Below, in pieces: positions 7,067 through 17,300 of a DNA stretch of 32,000 bases (position 1 is the first letter of the stretch; each line of letters starts with the position of its first letter). Position numbers and translations under genes: made by a program. Source of the stretch: Candidatus Thalassarchaeaceae archaeon (GTDB lineage: Archaea; Thermoplasmatota; Poseidoniia; Poseidoniales; Thalassarchaeaceae); contig JBJLBP010000001.1 of NCBI GenBank assembly GCA_045568075.1, forward strand, positions 1,260,001 through 1,292,000, in the 5' to 3' direction. A model generated the notes under the pieces. It did not search any database. It saw nothing but the letters and a program-made list of their open reading frames with translations, and was not told the DNA's origin.

Positions 7067-9727
7067 ATGAGCGCGAGGCTGCAGCATGATGGGCTTCGTG
7101 ACGAGGTCATCGAAGCCCGGGCATATCAGCTAGAGGCAGTCGATGTGGCGCTGTCGGGTTCGACCCTTCTTGTGCTTCCGACAGCGGCTGGAAAGACCGC
7201 TGTCGCTTGGATGGTTATGGCCGAGATGCTGCGGCGCTCTGATGGCTGGGCGCTGATGATTGCGCCGACGGTAGCTCTGGTGAAGCAGCATCTCGATGAT
7301 TTACAATCTGTCTTCAAAGATGAATCGATTGAGCCTATCGCGATGAGCGGAGCGATACCTGCATCAAAGCGAGAAGGGATGTGGCAGAAGAGCCGTCTCA
7401 TCGTCTCAACACCTCAAGTGGTTCGCAACGATGTGATGAAGGGGGAGCTGGATCTGAACGGCTGCTGCGTATTGGTGGTCGACGAGGCGCACCATGCTAC
7501 TGGAGAACGTGGTGAAGCACAAGTTGCTGACCTCTATCTCAGACTCGCTGCTGATCCACTGATTCTTGGCATGACTGCCAGCCCCGGATCGAAGACTGAG
7601 AAAGTCGAAGAAATTTGCCAACGGCTCGCAGTCGAGCGAATCCACATGCGCAGTTCGAGTGATGATATGCTCACAGAACACCTCGCAAATCTCGATATTG
7701 AGGAATTACGAGTCAAAGTTCCGAACGAAATTAGAGAACTTGCAGAACCTTTCGTTCGTTGGCAAGAGAGTATCGTCGACCGCGAGCGGCGGCTCGGCAG
7801 ATATGTCCTGCCAGGGCCCGCCTCTCATTCAGGACTTGCCAATGCCATGGAGAGATCAAATGCCGCTATTCGTAGAGGAGAGTCAGACGCCTACGGATCG
7901 ATGAGCAGAATCGGTTTGGCAATGTCCCTTCACCACTTGATCAACCACCTTCTCTGCCAAGGCACTGCTGCCGCTCGAGAATTCCTCGACCGAAAGGAGA
8001 GCGGCGCGGACTCAGAGAAGAAGAACACGCGTAATCTTCTCCGTGACCCGCGAGTCAGAGACCTAAGAGCGAGTCTTGCTGAAATTGGTGAAATCCACAG
8101 CAAGGTTGGTGCAGTGCGACGACTAGTGCGAGAGAGACTACGCCGTGATTCCGAATCTCGAATCATAGTCTTCGCGACCTTCAGAGATTCAGTGACTGCC
8201 CTAGATACAGCATTGGAGAATCTCGAAGGTGCCAAGCCAATCCAATTCATCGGCCAGAGTAAGCGAGGAAGCGGCAAAGGTCTGACGCCAAAGCAGCAGG
8301 TCGAGCGTATCGAATCATTCCGCTCGGGTGAAGGAAACATACTGATTGCCACGAGCGTCGGTGAGGAGGGACTTGACATTCCTAGCGCCGACCTTGTAAT
8401 ATTCTATGAGCCGGTCCCTAGCGAAATTCGGAATATCCAGCGCCGCGGTCGAACCGGCCGTCATCGCGATGGAGATGTTGTCGTCCTGATCGCCGAAGAT
8501 ACTCGTGACGAAGGAGCGCGTGCGGCTGCCCTTCGACGTGAAGAAAACATGTACAGAGCAGTCGGCAGAGTTCGAAGGAAACTGGCTCGTAGTGGCCATC
8601 TTGATCTCTCAAATTTGTCTCAGTTCCGTGTAGAAATCGAAGGAGAACTAACTCCTGCTGCCGAGTTTGTCAGAAGCATACGAGAAACACATCGCCCGGA
8701 ACTCAGTGAACAGCAGCAACCTGAGAACACAGAAGCAGTAGCTGAGCCTCGAATAATTCCGCCATCCACATTCAGACCGAGAGGGCAAACCGGCCTCGAA
8801 AATTTTCCAGCACAGCACGAGAGTTTGGAGCCGAAAAAGCAGAAAACAGCGGAAGTAAAAACACCTCATGTACGCGAAACAGAATCAAGTTCTCCTAATC
8901 CACCAAACAAGAGCGATCCAAAGCCGTCTGAGGAACCTGCGCGACCGGTCTCAGCCGCACAGGATTTGATCGACCTCGAAGAAAGTCTGCCCGACGTCCC
9001 CGGAGCGACGGTTACAGCCGATGATAGAGAACTTAACAGCGCCGTAGTGGCACGATTGAAGGCCTTAGGTGCTGAAGTCCGAATCGACCGCCTGGAGACT
9101 GGAGACTTCCGTATCGGCGAGCGGATTCTAGTAGAGCGTAAAACTGTCAGAGACTTCGTCGACTCACTCATCGACGGTAGGCTCCTTGAACAAGCGAGCA
9201 GACTAGTCGGAGCAGCGCCTAGAAGTCTGCTACTAATCGAGGGAGAAGGACTGTTTCAATCTCCCAGAGTCCACCCCCACGCACTGATGGGAGCACTCAC
9301 CACCCTCGCCCTCGACTTCGGCATCCCTGTGGTCACTACCAAAGATGGGGCAGAAACAGCCCGATTTCTCACCGTTGCATCGCGCCGTGAAGAATCAATG
9401 CTCGACGGGCTCACTCCCCGCGCGCGAGATAGATTAGAGGCAGTCAGACCAGAATTGTGGACAGACCCGGTGACTCAAGCCGCTGCCGCTGCACGCCAAC
9501 TCCGCGGTAGTGAAGACGATGAGAGAACAGGCGCAATCACTCTACTCGTCGCCATCCCAAGCGTCGATGAAGATCTCGCGACACGTCTGCTCAACCGATT
9601 CGGGACCATCGCAGGTCTAGTCTGGGCAGACGAAGACGACCTGCGTCAAGTCGAAGGCATAACGGAGACCCAAGTCCGTGAAATCTGGCGAACATTTCGC
9701 TCCGGCGAACGTCTTCGTAATCGCTGA
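7067..9727 (+). CDS. hef: Hef: helicase-associated endonuclease for fork-structured DNA (SF2 DEAH helicase + ERCC4/XPF nuclease + HhH2)
   Basis: Helicase motifs are Walker A LPTAAGKT, VVDEAHHA, GMTASPG and QRRGRTGR. The C-terminal ERCC4 motif is GDFRIGERILVERKTVRDFVDSLIDGRLLEQ. A terminal helix-hairpin-helix pair follows (ATRLLNRFGTIAGL...LRQVEGITETQ). A low-complexity linker separates the helicase and nuclease parts. Confidence 0.88.
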   Translation: MSARLQHDGLRDEVIEARAYQLEAVDVALSGSTLLVLPTAAGKTAVAWMVMAEMLRRSDGWALMIAPTVALVKQHLDDLQSVFKDESIEPIAMSGAIPASKREGMWQKSRLIVSTPQVVRNDVMKGELDLNGCCVLVVDEAHHATGERGEAQVADLYLRLAADPLILGMTASPGSKTEKVEEICQRLAVERIHMRSSSDDMLTEHLANLDIEELRVKVPNEIRELAEPFVRWQESIVDRERRLGRYVLPGPASHSGLANAMERSNAAIRRGESDAYGSMSRIGLAMSLHHLINHLLCQGTAAAREFLDRKESGADSEKKNTRNLLRDPRVRDLRASLAEIGEIHSKVGAVRRLVRERLRRDSESRIIVFATFRDSVTALDTALENLEGAKPIQFIGQSKRGSGKGLTPKQQVERIESFRSGEGNILIATSVGEEGLDIPSADLVIFYEPVPSEIRNIQRRGRTGRHRDGDVVVLIAEDTRDEGARAAALRREENMYRAVGRVRRKLARSGHLDLSNLSQFRVEIEGELTPAAEFVRSIRETHRPELSEQQQPENTEAVAEPRIIPPSTFRPRGQTGLENFPAQHESLEPKKQKTAEVKTPHVRETESSSPNPPNKSDPKPSEEPARPVSAAQDLIDLEESLPDVPGATVTADDRELNSAVVARLKALGAEVRIDRLETGDFRIGERILVERKTVRDFVDSLIDGRLLEQASRLVGAAPRSLLLIEGEGLFQSPRVHPHALMGALTTLALDFGIPVVTTKDGAETARFLTVASRREESMLDGLTPRARDRLEAVRPELWTDPVTQAAAAARQLRGSEDDERTGAITLLVAIPSVDEDLATRLLNRFGTIAGLVWADEDDLRQVEGITETQVREIWRTFRSGERLRNR

Positions 9728-9732
9728 GAGAG

Positions 9733-10593
9733 TCAGTCACCGATAACAGCGATACGAGTTCGGAGTAGAGCCAATCGGTTATTGTGTGTACCAAGAGCGA
9801 AAGCAAGCATCTCGCACAGATGAATCACCGGGATATTAGTAGCAAGTCCGGCATTACGGCCAGCCTTGCCTTGATACACATCAAGAACATAATGAGAAAG
9901 ATTGCAAGCGCTGACAATCAACTCAGCGCCCTCTGACTTAGCCTCGGACAGAGCCTCAGCAGCCTGCTTCATCACAGTCGAATCCTCACTGAATAGTCCA
10001 GGAACACCGACACTCTGAGTTCGAGCTTCCCAGTTAACTGGGGTTCCACCAAGAGCCGAAATCAACTGCTCCAGATAATTTGGATCATACACATCATCTC
10101 CGCCGCAAGCACCTTCTTGCTGGATGTTTGGTCCGTAATACCCAGCAACCACGAAATCAATCGGGTTGCGGACCTTATCCGCCAACTTGTCCAGACCAAT
10201 CTCATCGACAACCGCGTGTAGTAAGTGGTGAACTGCAACATCCCCTGTCATCGTCAGACCACAGGTGCGCTGCAGAGTCTCGTTGACTTCTTGCAGCAGA
10301 ATTTGGTCTGACTTCAAAGTCATCAGATCTTCATGCAAATTGCCGGCCGTCGCCGCGCATGGAGTCATGATGTCCAGACCCTTTGCCTCAGCCATAGCAA
10401 AAGTGCGTGCATTGAGAGTCAACTGTAGGCGACGGTTAGCCTGTCTTACAATCCCAGCGCCGCAGCTGGTGGCTCCAGGTAAAGGAACCAAAGTGATACC
10501 CAAGGCGCGAGCCAAGGAGTCCATCGTATCAGCAACCTCGGGGGCGCTGCTGTGGGCGACGTTTCCAGGGTGGTAAGCGTATTTTACAGGCAT
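9733..10593 (-). CDS. HdrB / SdhE(type-E SdhC) / CCG-domain family protein with degenerate cysteine motifs
   Basis: The 286-aa ORF is collinear with heterodisulfide reductase subunit B as I remember it (YAYHPG..., ATSCGAG, DIMTPCA, IGLDKLADKVRNPI, YYGPN, VSACNLSHYVLD, IPVIHLCEMLA). GAGGTGAG lies upstream, 9 nt after the stop of the preceding gene. Confidence 0.75.
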   Translation of the reverse strand: MPVKYAYHPGNVAHSSAPEVADTMDSLARALGITLVPLPGATSCGAGIVRQANRRLQLTLNARTFAMAEAKGLDIMTPCAATAGNLHEDLMTLKSDQILLQEVNETLQRTCGLTMTGDVAVHHLLHAVVDEIGLDKLADKVRNPIDFVVAGYYGPNIQQEGACGGDDVYDPNYLEQLISALGGTPVNWEARTQSVGVPGLFSEDSTVMKQAAEALSEAKSEGAELIVSACNLSHYVLDVYQGKAGRNAGLATNIPVIHLCEMLAFALGTHNNRLALLRTRIAVIGD

Positions 10594-10602
10594 TTACTCA
10601 CC

Positions 10603-12576
10603 TCAGAATCTCCCGTCGAGCTCATTGAAAATCGCCACGACCTCATGATGATTCTCGACTGATGAATTGAATTGCCGCGGCATCTTTCCAAATCCTGCGG
10701 GCGGGGCGACCATCGCCAACATATCGTAGAACATATCTCCACCTGTGCGTGTGAATCCTGTCATCATCCGCGCAGTGACTCCAGAAGTCAGGTTTCCAAT
10801 AAGTCCGATAGGGCCGAGAACTTGTCGATAGAGGACTGTATCGTTGACTTTTCCACTCGATTTCAGCGTCCAAGCGTACCACCAAACATGCTTGCCGTGA
10901 CGCCCTGTGAACGCGTCCTGTTCGAGAACGTGCGTCCTTGCGTCGAGCAAAGCCTCTGAGATGACTACACCGGATCCATTCTGCCGGCGAATACTGGCTA
11001 GATCGGTCTCAGCCTTGATTCCGTTCGGACTTCCAAGAATCGAATCAAGGCTGGCAACCGATGAATGAGATGAACGTGGATCGTTGCGACGGGCCCAAGC
11101 AGAAGCGAGGACAGAGGGGCCGAGGTAGCCGTTCGCGTGCGGAACGGCGTCGGATGATGCTTGGAGAAGAGCGGCGCTGCTGAAATCGGTAATCGAGTGC
11201 AACGCCGAGGCAACATTAGGATCCATGACTCCGATGGGGCCTTGCATGGTCGTGGCTCCTTCTCTGGTTGCGGCGACCATCCATGGTTCGGTCGATTCGC
11301 GTCGGCGCTCCATCGGCCAATGATCGACGACTAGGTCACGGATGACTTCGAAGCCAGGTAGTGGATCCACTCGAAGGCTGAGAACTCCATCGCGATTCGG
11401 AGCCACAGCATCGAGGCGAATCATTCCTGGGAGAACTAATCGGCCGTTGACACAGATTGCTGTCGATGGGTCATCGGCAGCCCCGTCACGGAAGGACAGG
11501 CTGCCATCGTGTGTGCTCTTGATGGTTCGAAGAGCCTCAAGCAGACTCAGGTTGCCCGGCATCGCACAGACCCAAGTGTCGGAGCCAGTCGATGCCTGCT
11601 CTGGGTCATAGCGGAAGATACTGAGTTCTGCCTGAACGGCAGCGGCTGTGAGGACAGGTACTGAGAATCCGTCCTCTCCATCGGCTCCGCCAACATCGCC
11701 AGCGGCGTGAGCCTTGATCGCCTCGACCATGTCTTCGTGATAGACACCGGCGCCATCGACGGCGGCTAAAGCAGCCAGTGCTTCGAGAGCCCACGCGGCA
11801 GCTGGCGCATCGTAATCGACATCACAATCCACACGGTCTACGAGTCTTGTAGCACCGAGCTTCTCGAATTGCTCATCCCATTCCTTTCCAGACTCACAGA
11901 ATAATTCGTAGCTCGTATCACCGAGAGCGCAGACCGAGTAGTGGACTCCGGACAGACTGCCGGCTGGAGACTTGGTTGAAATCTGCCAGAGATCCTCGGC
12001 ATTGTCGGGCATTTCGCCCTCTCCCCAAGTTGAACAGACGATGAGGACTCGCTTCATGCCCGAAAGTGAACTGAAATCGAAGCCGTCCATGTCATAGACG
12101 GTTCCTTCGAGGCCGTAATCTGCAGCCTGCTTAGCTAACTTCGCAGCGAGTTCTTCGGAGTTTCCGGATTGTGAGCCAAAGAGAATTGCTAGGCTGCGGT
12201 CGCCAACACTAAGCAACTCGTCGATATCATCGCCAGCCACTTCGATAGGCTCGGAGACCATCGGTTCTGCAGCGGCCTCAACGGCTGGTGCAGCAGCCTC
12301 CTCAGGCTCAGCAGCGGCTGCTTCGCCACTTTCGACGATGATGATCACATCGACTGGACAGCCATCAGCAGCGTCGAGAAGATCATCTTCGAATGAAGCT
12401 AGAGTCTCAGGCTTCAACCCAGCCTTTCCTTCGTTCCTATCGTATCCACCATCAAGCCTCACTTCGGCATGGATGAAGCAGGTATCATCGGTAACGTGGA
12501 AGACTTCTGGAAGAATCTCTTCACAAGCATCGCAGGTGATACAACCTTCCTCGATATAGACACTGACGATGGCCAT
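10603..12576 (-). CDS. Multidomain fusion: [4Fe-4S] ferredoxin - flavodoxin (FMN) - SdhB/FrdB-like domain lacking cluster cysteines
   Basis: Ferredoxin module: GCITCDACEE...DGCPVDVI. Flavodoxin module: LAILFGSQSGNSEELA, LIVCSTWGEGEMPDNAEDLW, YSVCALGDTSYELFCESGKEWDEQFEKLGATRL. SdhB-like module: LSIFRYDPE, GSLSFRDG, PLPGFEVIRDLVVD, GYLGPSVLASAWARRNDPRS. Confidence 0.75.
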   Translation of the reverse strand: MAIVSVYIEEGCITCDACEEILPEVFHVTDDTCFIHAEVRLDGGYDRNEGKAGLKPETLASFEDDLLDAADGCPVDVIIIVESGEAAAAEPEEAAAPAVEAAAEPMVSEPIEVAGDDIDELLSVGDRSLAILFGSQSGNSEELAAKLAKQAADYGLEGTVYDMDGFDFSSLSGMKRVLIVCSTWGEGEMPDNAEDLWQISTKSPAGSLSGVHYSVCALGDTSYELFCESGKEWDEQFEKLGATRLVDRVDCDVDYDAPAAAWALEALAALAAVDGAGVYHEDMVEAIKAHAAGDVGGADGEDGFSVPVLTAAAVQAELSIFRYDPEQASTGSDTWVCAMPGNLSLLEALRTIKSTHDGSLSFRDGAADDPSTAICVNGRLVLPGMIRLDAVAPNRDGVLSLRVDPLPGFEVIRDLVVDHWPMERRRESTEPWMVAATREGATTMQGPIGVMDPNVASALHSITDFSSAALLQASSDAVPHANGYLGPSVLASAWARRNDPRSSHSSVASLDSILGSPNGIKAETDLASIRRQNGSGVVISEALLDARTHVLEQDAFTGRHGKHVWWYAWTLKSSGKVNDTVLYRQVLGPIGLIGNLTSGVTARMMTGFTRTGGDMFYDMLAMVAPPAGFGKMPRQFNSSVENHHEVVAIFNELDGRF

Positions 12577-12648
12577 TTTTCCAACTCAGCCCCGACGGGT
12601 AGTTGCCCCACTGGAAATCGATTCTTGAACTTGATGTAAACCAGTGAT

Positions 12649-12663
12649 ACGACCTACGGTCGT
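12649..12663 (-). other. Short hairpin just downstream of the thermosome stop codon
   Basis: ACGACC-TAC-GGTCGT forms a 6-bp stem with a 3-nt loop, 9 nt after the thermosome stop. There is no strong oligo-T tract, so a terminator role is uncertain. Confidence 0.25.
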
Positions 12664-12671
12664 AATCGACC

Positions 12672-14282
12672 TCACATATCGAAGCCATCGAAGTCGGCGC
12701 CATCCATGCCGCCGCCGCCCTTGCTGGAGATAACATCGTCAATCCTGAGGATCATCACTGCAGTCTCCGAAGCGCTCTGCACGGCCTGTTCAACAACACG
12801 GCTGGGCTCGTACACTTTGCTCTCTACCATGTCTACAACTCCGCCATCATAGACGTTCACTCCGTGGGTAGAGAGACCTTCCGAATGTGCCTTTCTGAGA
12901 TCGATTATTGTGTTGACCGGATCGAGGCCAGCGTTCTCAGCGAGGGTTCGAGGAATGACTTCAAGAGCGCCTGCGAAGGCTTCAATCGCCATCTGTTCTC
13001 TTCCACCGATTCCTTCGGCATATGATCGCAAGTCACGGCTGATAGCTGCTAGAACTGAGCCGCCGCCGGTGAGAACTGCTCCATCTTCGTGGGCGACTGC
13101 GACGACGCCAACAGCGTCGTCGAAGGCGCGGCGGATCTCATCAACCACATGCTCGGTTCCGCCGCGCAGCAAGACGCTGACGCTCTTGGCTTGCGGGCAG
13201 CCGGTGATGAAGACCATGTCAGCATCTCCGATCTTACGCTCATCGACCTTTGCGGCTTGACCGAGGTCGTCTCCGCTGAGGTCATCGATATTGGTGACGA
13301 TGCTGCCGCCAGTCGCCTTTGAGAGCGCTTCCATGTCACTCTTCTTAGCGCGGCGGATAGCGAATAACCCGGCCTTAGCCATGTAGTGCTGAGCCAGGTC
13401 GTCTATGCCCTTTTGGCAGATGACAACATTGGCTCCGCTGGCGATTATAGTGTCGACGAGTCCTTTGAGGAATGATTCCTCCTCGTCGAGGAACTGTGCT
13501 AGCATATTTGGATCTGTAATCTGAATCTTAGCGTCGACTTCGGTCTTCTTGACCTCGATAGCCGAGTTGATGAGAGCAATCTTTGCGTCAGCTATCGAGC
13601 GAGGCATTCCAGAGTGGACTCGCTCTTTGTCGAGGATTATTCCGTCGACGAGGGAACTGTCCTTGATTGACCCACCCTGCTTCTTCTCAATTTTGATATC
13701 ATCGAGGTCGACGACAACGCCGTCATCGGTTTCTTGGCCGACTGCAAGGACTGCACGGACTGAAATGTCTGCGAGGAATTCCTTGACTGCCCCCGCACTC
13801 TTGCCAGTAAGGGCCGTCACAGCGACCTCGTGAAGTCGCTCCTCATTGACGTCGAGAGCATGAGAATCGATGAGTTCGGCTGCCTTATCTGAAGCGAGCC
13901 TGAAGCCCTCGCAGATTACAGTTGGATGGACGTTCTGCTCAACGAGGTCCTCACTGCGCTTGAGTAATTCTCCTGCGATGACGACTGCACTGGTGGTGCC
14001 GTCGAAGCAGTGCTGCTCCTGAGTTTTGGCAATCTCGATAATCATCTTTGCAGCAGGGTGCTCGATGTCCATCTCCTTGAGGATTGTAGCACCATCGTTA
14101 GTGATGACTACATCGCCCATTGCATCGACTAGCATCTTGTCCATTCCTTTCGGTCCAAGGGTACTGCGAACCGCGTCAGAAACTGCCTTGGCAGCAGCGA
14201 TATTATTGCTCTGAGCAGTCTTACCGCTGGTTCGAGTAGTTCCTTCCTTGAGGATAAATATTGGCTGTTGACCGTTGTACAT
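12672..14282 (-). CDS. ths: Thermosome subunit (group II chaperonin)
   Basis: The 536-aa ORF contains [48 protein letters not shown]...[21 protein letters not shown]...GGGS, the canonical thermosome/CCT signature. Confidence 0.96.
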   Translation of the reverse strand: MYNGQQPIFILKEGTTRTSGKTAQSNNIAAAKAVSDAVRSTLGPKGMDKMLVDAMGDVVITNDGATILKEMDIEHPAAKMIIEIAKTQEQHCFDGTTSAVVIAGELLKRSEDLVEQNVHPTVICEGFRLASDKAAELIDSHALDVNEERLHEVAVTALTGKSAGAVKEFLADISVRAVLAVGQETDDGVVVDLDDIKIEKKQGGSIKDSSLVDGIILDKERVHSGMPRSIADAKIALINSAIEVKKTEVDAKIQITDPNMLAQFLDEEESFLKGLVDTIIASGANVVICQKGIDDLAQHYMAKAGLFAIRRAKKSDMEALSKATGGSIVTNIDDLSGDDLGQAAKVDERKIGDADMVFITGCPQAKSVSVLLRGGTEHVVDEIRRAFDDAVGVVAVAHEDGAVLTGGGSVLAAISRDLRSYAEGIGGREQMAIEAFAGALEVIPRTLAENAGLDPVNTIIDLRKAHSEGLSTHGVNVYDGGVVDMVESKVYEPSRVVEQAVQSASETAVMILRIDDVISSKGGGGMDGADFDGFDM

Positions 14283-14382
14283 CGGAAATCACACTCCGGA
14301 ATCCGGCGACCGGAGAGGGGGTCATAAGGCCTCGCACACGTAGGCGCGAGCGCACTCGTGCCACCAAAACTGCGAATCCAGC

Positions 14383-17300
14383 TCAATCGCCCTTCTGTTG
14401 ATCTAGCCATTTTTGGCCATAGAAGGCCCACTGCTCCATTGTCCAACCATCAGGGAGGCCTTCTTCTGGAATCGGTGGAACACCAGGAGGTAGGACAGAC
14501 TGAGGCTCAACAGCCGGCTCCTCCACCGGCTCTGGCTCAGGAATCACTTCCTCCACGGGCTCTGGCTCAGGAATCACTTCCTCCACGGGCTCAGGCTCAG
14601 GGATAGGCTCAGGTTCGGGCATTGGAGGAGGGGGCATTTCTGGGGCGGGAGCTTCTGCTGGCTCATCCTCTGGTAGAGGTGGTGGTGGCATCTCTGCGGC
14701 AGGGTTCTCAAAGATGTCAGCTGAGCCTCCGTACATCGAATTAGCAACCTCGTCGGCTGCTGGCAACTCAGGTGCGGCCGGGACTTCGCCATCCCCACCA
14801 AGGTTGACGAAACTCGACGTGTAATCCTCGATACTCGAGTATTCCTCGAGTGGTGCTTGTGCTTCCTTGACGATTCGTAATGTGATTATGCCGACGACAA
14901 CCATCGCAACCAATCCGGCGATGACGAAGACGATGTTGGCTGCCAACTTGGCGATAAATCCGACATCGGGTCCATCAGTGACTTGGATAGTCTTCACCAT
15001 TTGAATTGGAGTTCCGACAGATACCTTGTCTATGTCGGAATCTACCGCAAGAATCACATTGAACGTGAGTGTGTTCTCGCCAAGATTGTCGAGATGTTCC
15101 TGCTTGACATCGATACGAATTGTAACAACCTTGGTCGATTGTGGAGTCAGGACGAAATCTCGGTCCTCACTGTCAACACGGACATCGAAGACATTGAAGA
15201 AGAGTTCAGGCTCTGTGGTACGATCGATATCCGCTCTCATCAACTGTTCAGATGTAGTATGCAGATTCTGAACAGTAAATTCGAGGACATATTCTCCCTT
15301 CTCATCAATTACAACGGTTTGTCCTCCGGCTGGAGGCAAAACTAGCATCCATCCGACCTTTCCAACCTTGAATTCAGCCTCACCTTGAGATGATACACTC
15401 TGGCCTATTGTCTCGGACTCCTGACTGGTAGCAATCAAGGTGACTGTGCGGTCGCCATCCGCACCATGTGCGAAGGCGTAACTTACTGTCAGATTGAGAG
15501 ATGATCCAGCCTCGACCCAAGGGGTCTTACCATTGGTTAATCCCTGCGCGTTGACAGAGATGTCAGAATGGCTCGTCTCGAAGTCAATATGGAACCGATC
15601 GGGCATGTTTCCATGATTCCAGACTTCCCAACGCAAAGTCCGAGAGTCATCACCTGCGCGATAAACCTCCTCGGTAAGATCCATGTCTGGAACCTCGATG
15701 AGATAGGTTTCGGGAACAGTTAGCAACAATTGGACACTGCGCTGGTATTGAGGGTCGATTTGACTGGTCGCTCTGACCCATATTTGGTAGGTCTCATTCT
15801 CAATCCCGTAAGGCATAGGGAACATCAGCAGAATACTCGAGTCTCCACCGAACGGATCGATGCCGAGAGTCTGTTCAGCGTTCAATTCGAGACCCAGTTT
15901 CCAATCAGCAGAAATCGACAGATCAAAGGCCTCCTCAGAGTTACCATCGTTGACCATCTGAATTTCGATCCATCTCAGAGCGCCATCAGCTGGTGCCAAC
16001 ATCTCTCGAATCTCAGGCACCAACTTCAGGTCGTGATCTATCGGCACCTCGACATGGACGGTCCATTCCGTCTGGAAATTAGCCGGAGCGCGCCCATTAG
16101 CGAGCAGGGTAATCGCGTAAGAACCTGGAGTGATTTGATCAGGAGTTGTGAGTTGGGCATTGAGTTCGAATTCATCACCAATCTGCATCTCGACACTAGT
16201 CATTTCGACTCCGGTCTCGTTAGTCCAAACAAGGTTTGATGCTCCCCAACGATTGTCTGCGAAAGTTGCACCAAGATTCCACGTAGCAACTTGATTTCCG
16301 GTATTCTTCAGAGACATCAAAACATCGCCGGTTTCACCAGGTAACAGAGTCAGAGCAGGATTCTGCAATGTTTTCTGCGTCAGATAGGACGAATATGATG
16401 CAGTTACATCGACGGGTAAGTCGATGGCCCACTTTGAGAAATTTGTCAAACCATCACCGATGTGAACATACCAATCGACTTCCTGAACAGTCGCACCATC
16501 GGGAATAGTCAGATTGATCCAGAGATCCATCGTCTCTAGGGCTTTGATCGTCTTCGTCACAACGCTATTGTCGTGATCTGAGGGGTGGTTGGAATCAATT
16601 CGTAGTGGTTGCTCCCACATCCATGACTTGTTCGATACCTCGGTGTAAACTCTGAGAGTGATGTCAACATATCCGTTATTTATCACTGCACACGAGAGAG
16701 AGGGTGGTCGTGGATCAGCTGGAACGACGATGTATGCATTAGGAAGAGGATCGTCGCATTCAAGATCAAGGGTATATTCAGGAATACGCTCTATGCCGAA
16801 CATGATGAATCCATCAAGGTGGATTCCTTGTGTTGCAAAGGAAGAATCGGAATCGAATCTGAATGCCAGTGTGTAGTCACCAGTTGGATGGACGTCGGAC
16901 ATATCCCAGACCAGTTGAGTCCAGTCACCATAAGTTTCGGATAACTCTTGAGCAGTGTAATTGTAGAATTCTTCGTTACCGGCATCGGCTTCCATTCGGA
17001 CCATATCACCAGTTCCCATACTGCCCCAAGCGTGCGTTACCATCTGCAAAGAGATGAACTCAAATCCACGGATGCGAGCACGACAGAAGTTGTTGGCGTA
17101 TACAGCAGACACACTCTGGTCGAGTGTCCCATAACCCAGACCGTGTCCGGGGTCCTCACAGGAATCGAAAGGTGACAACCAACCCCACCATAGACGGTCA
17201 ATTCGGTTGCTTGCGTAATCAGCGCCCGGTCGGGAGACTCGCCAGTGACGCTCGCCGATGGCACTCGATGTATTGTCCATCCTCCAATGTCCGGAGTCGT

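Noticed and set aside
12649-12659. 11-mer ACGACCTACGG shared between the region downstream of the thermosome gene and the aminotransferase start region (20678-20688)
   Set aside because: In a 32-kb window, many 11-mer coincidences are expected by chance. The two copies sit at unrelated distances from their start codons, and the flanks do not match.
14521-14610. A short direct-repeat array that could be mistaken for a CRISPR fragment
   Set aside because: The repeats are directly adjacent with no spacers. They lie in frame inside a long CDS and encode a Pro/Glu peptide repeat. No cas genes are present.
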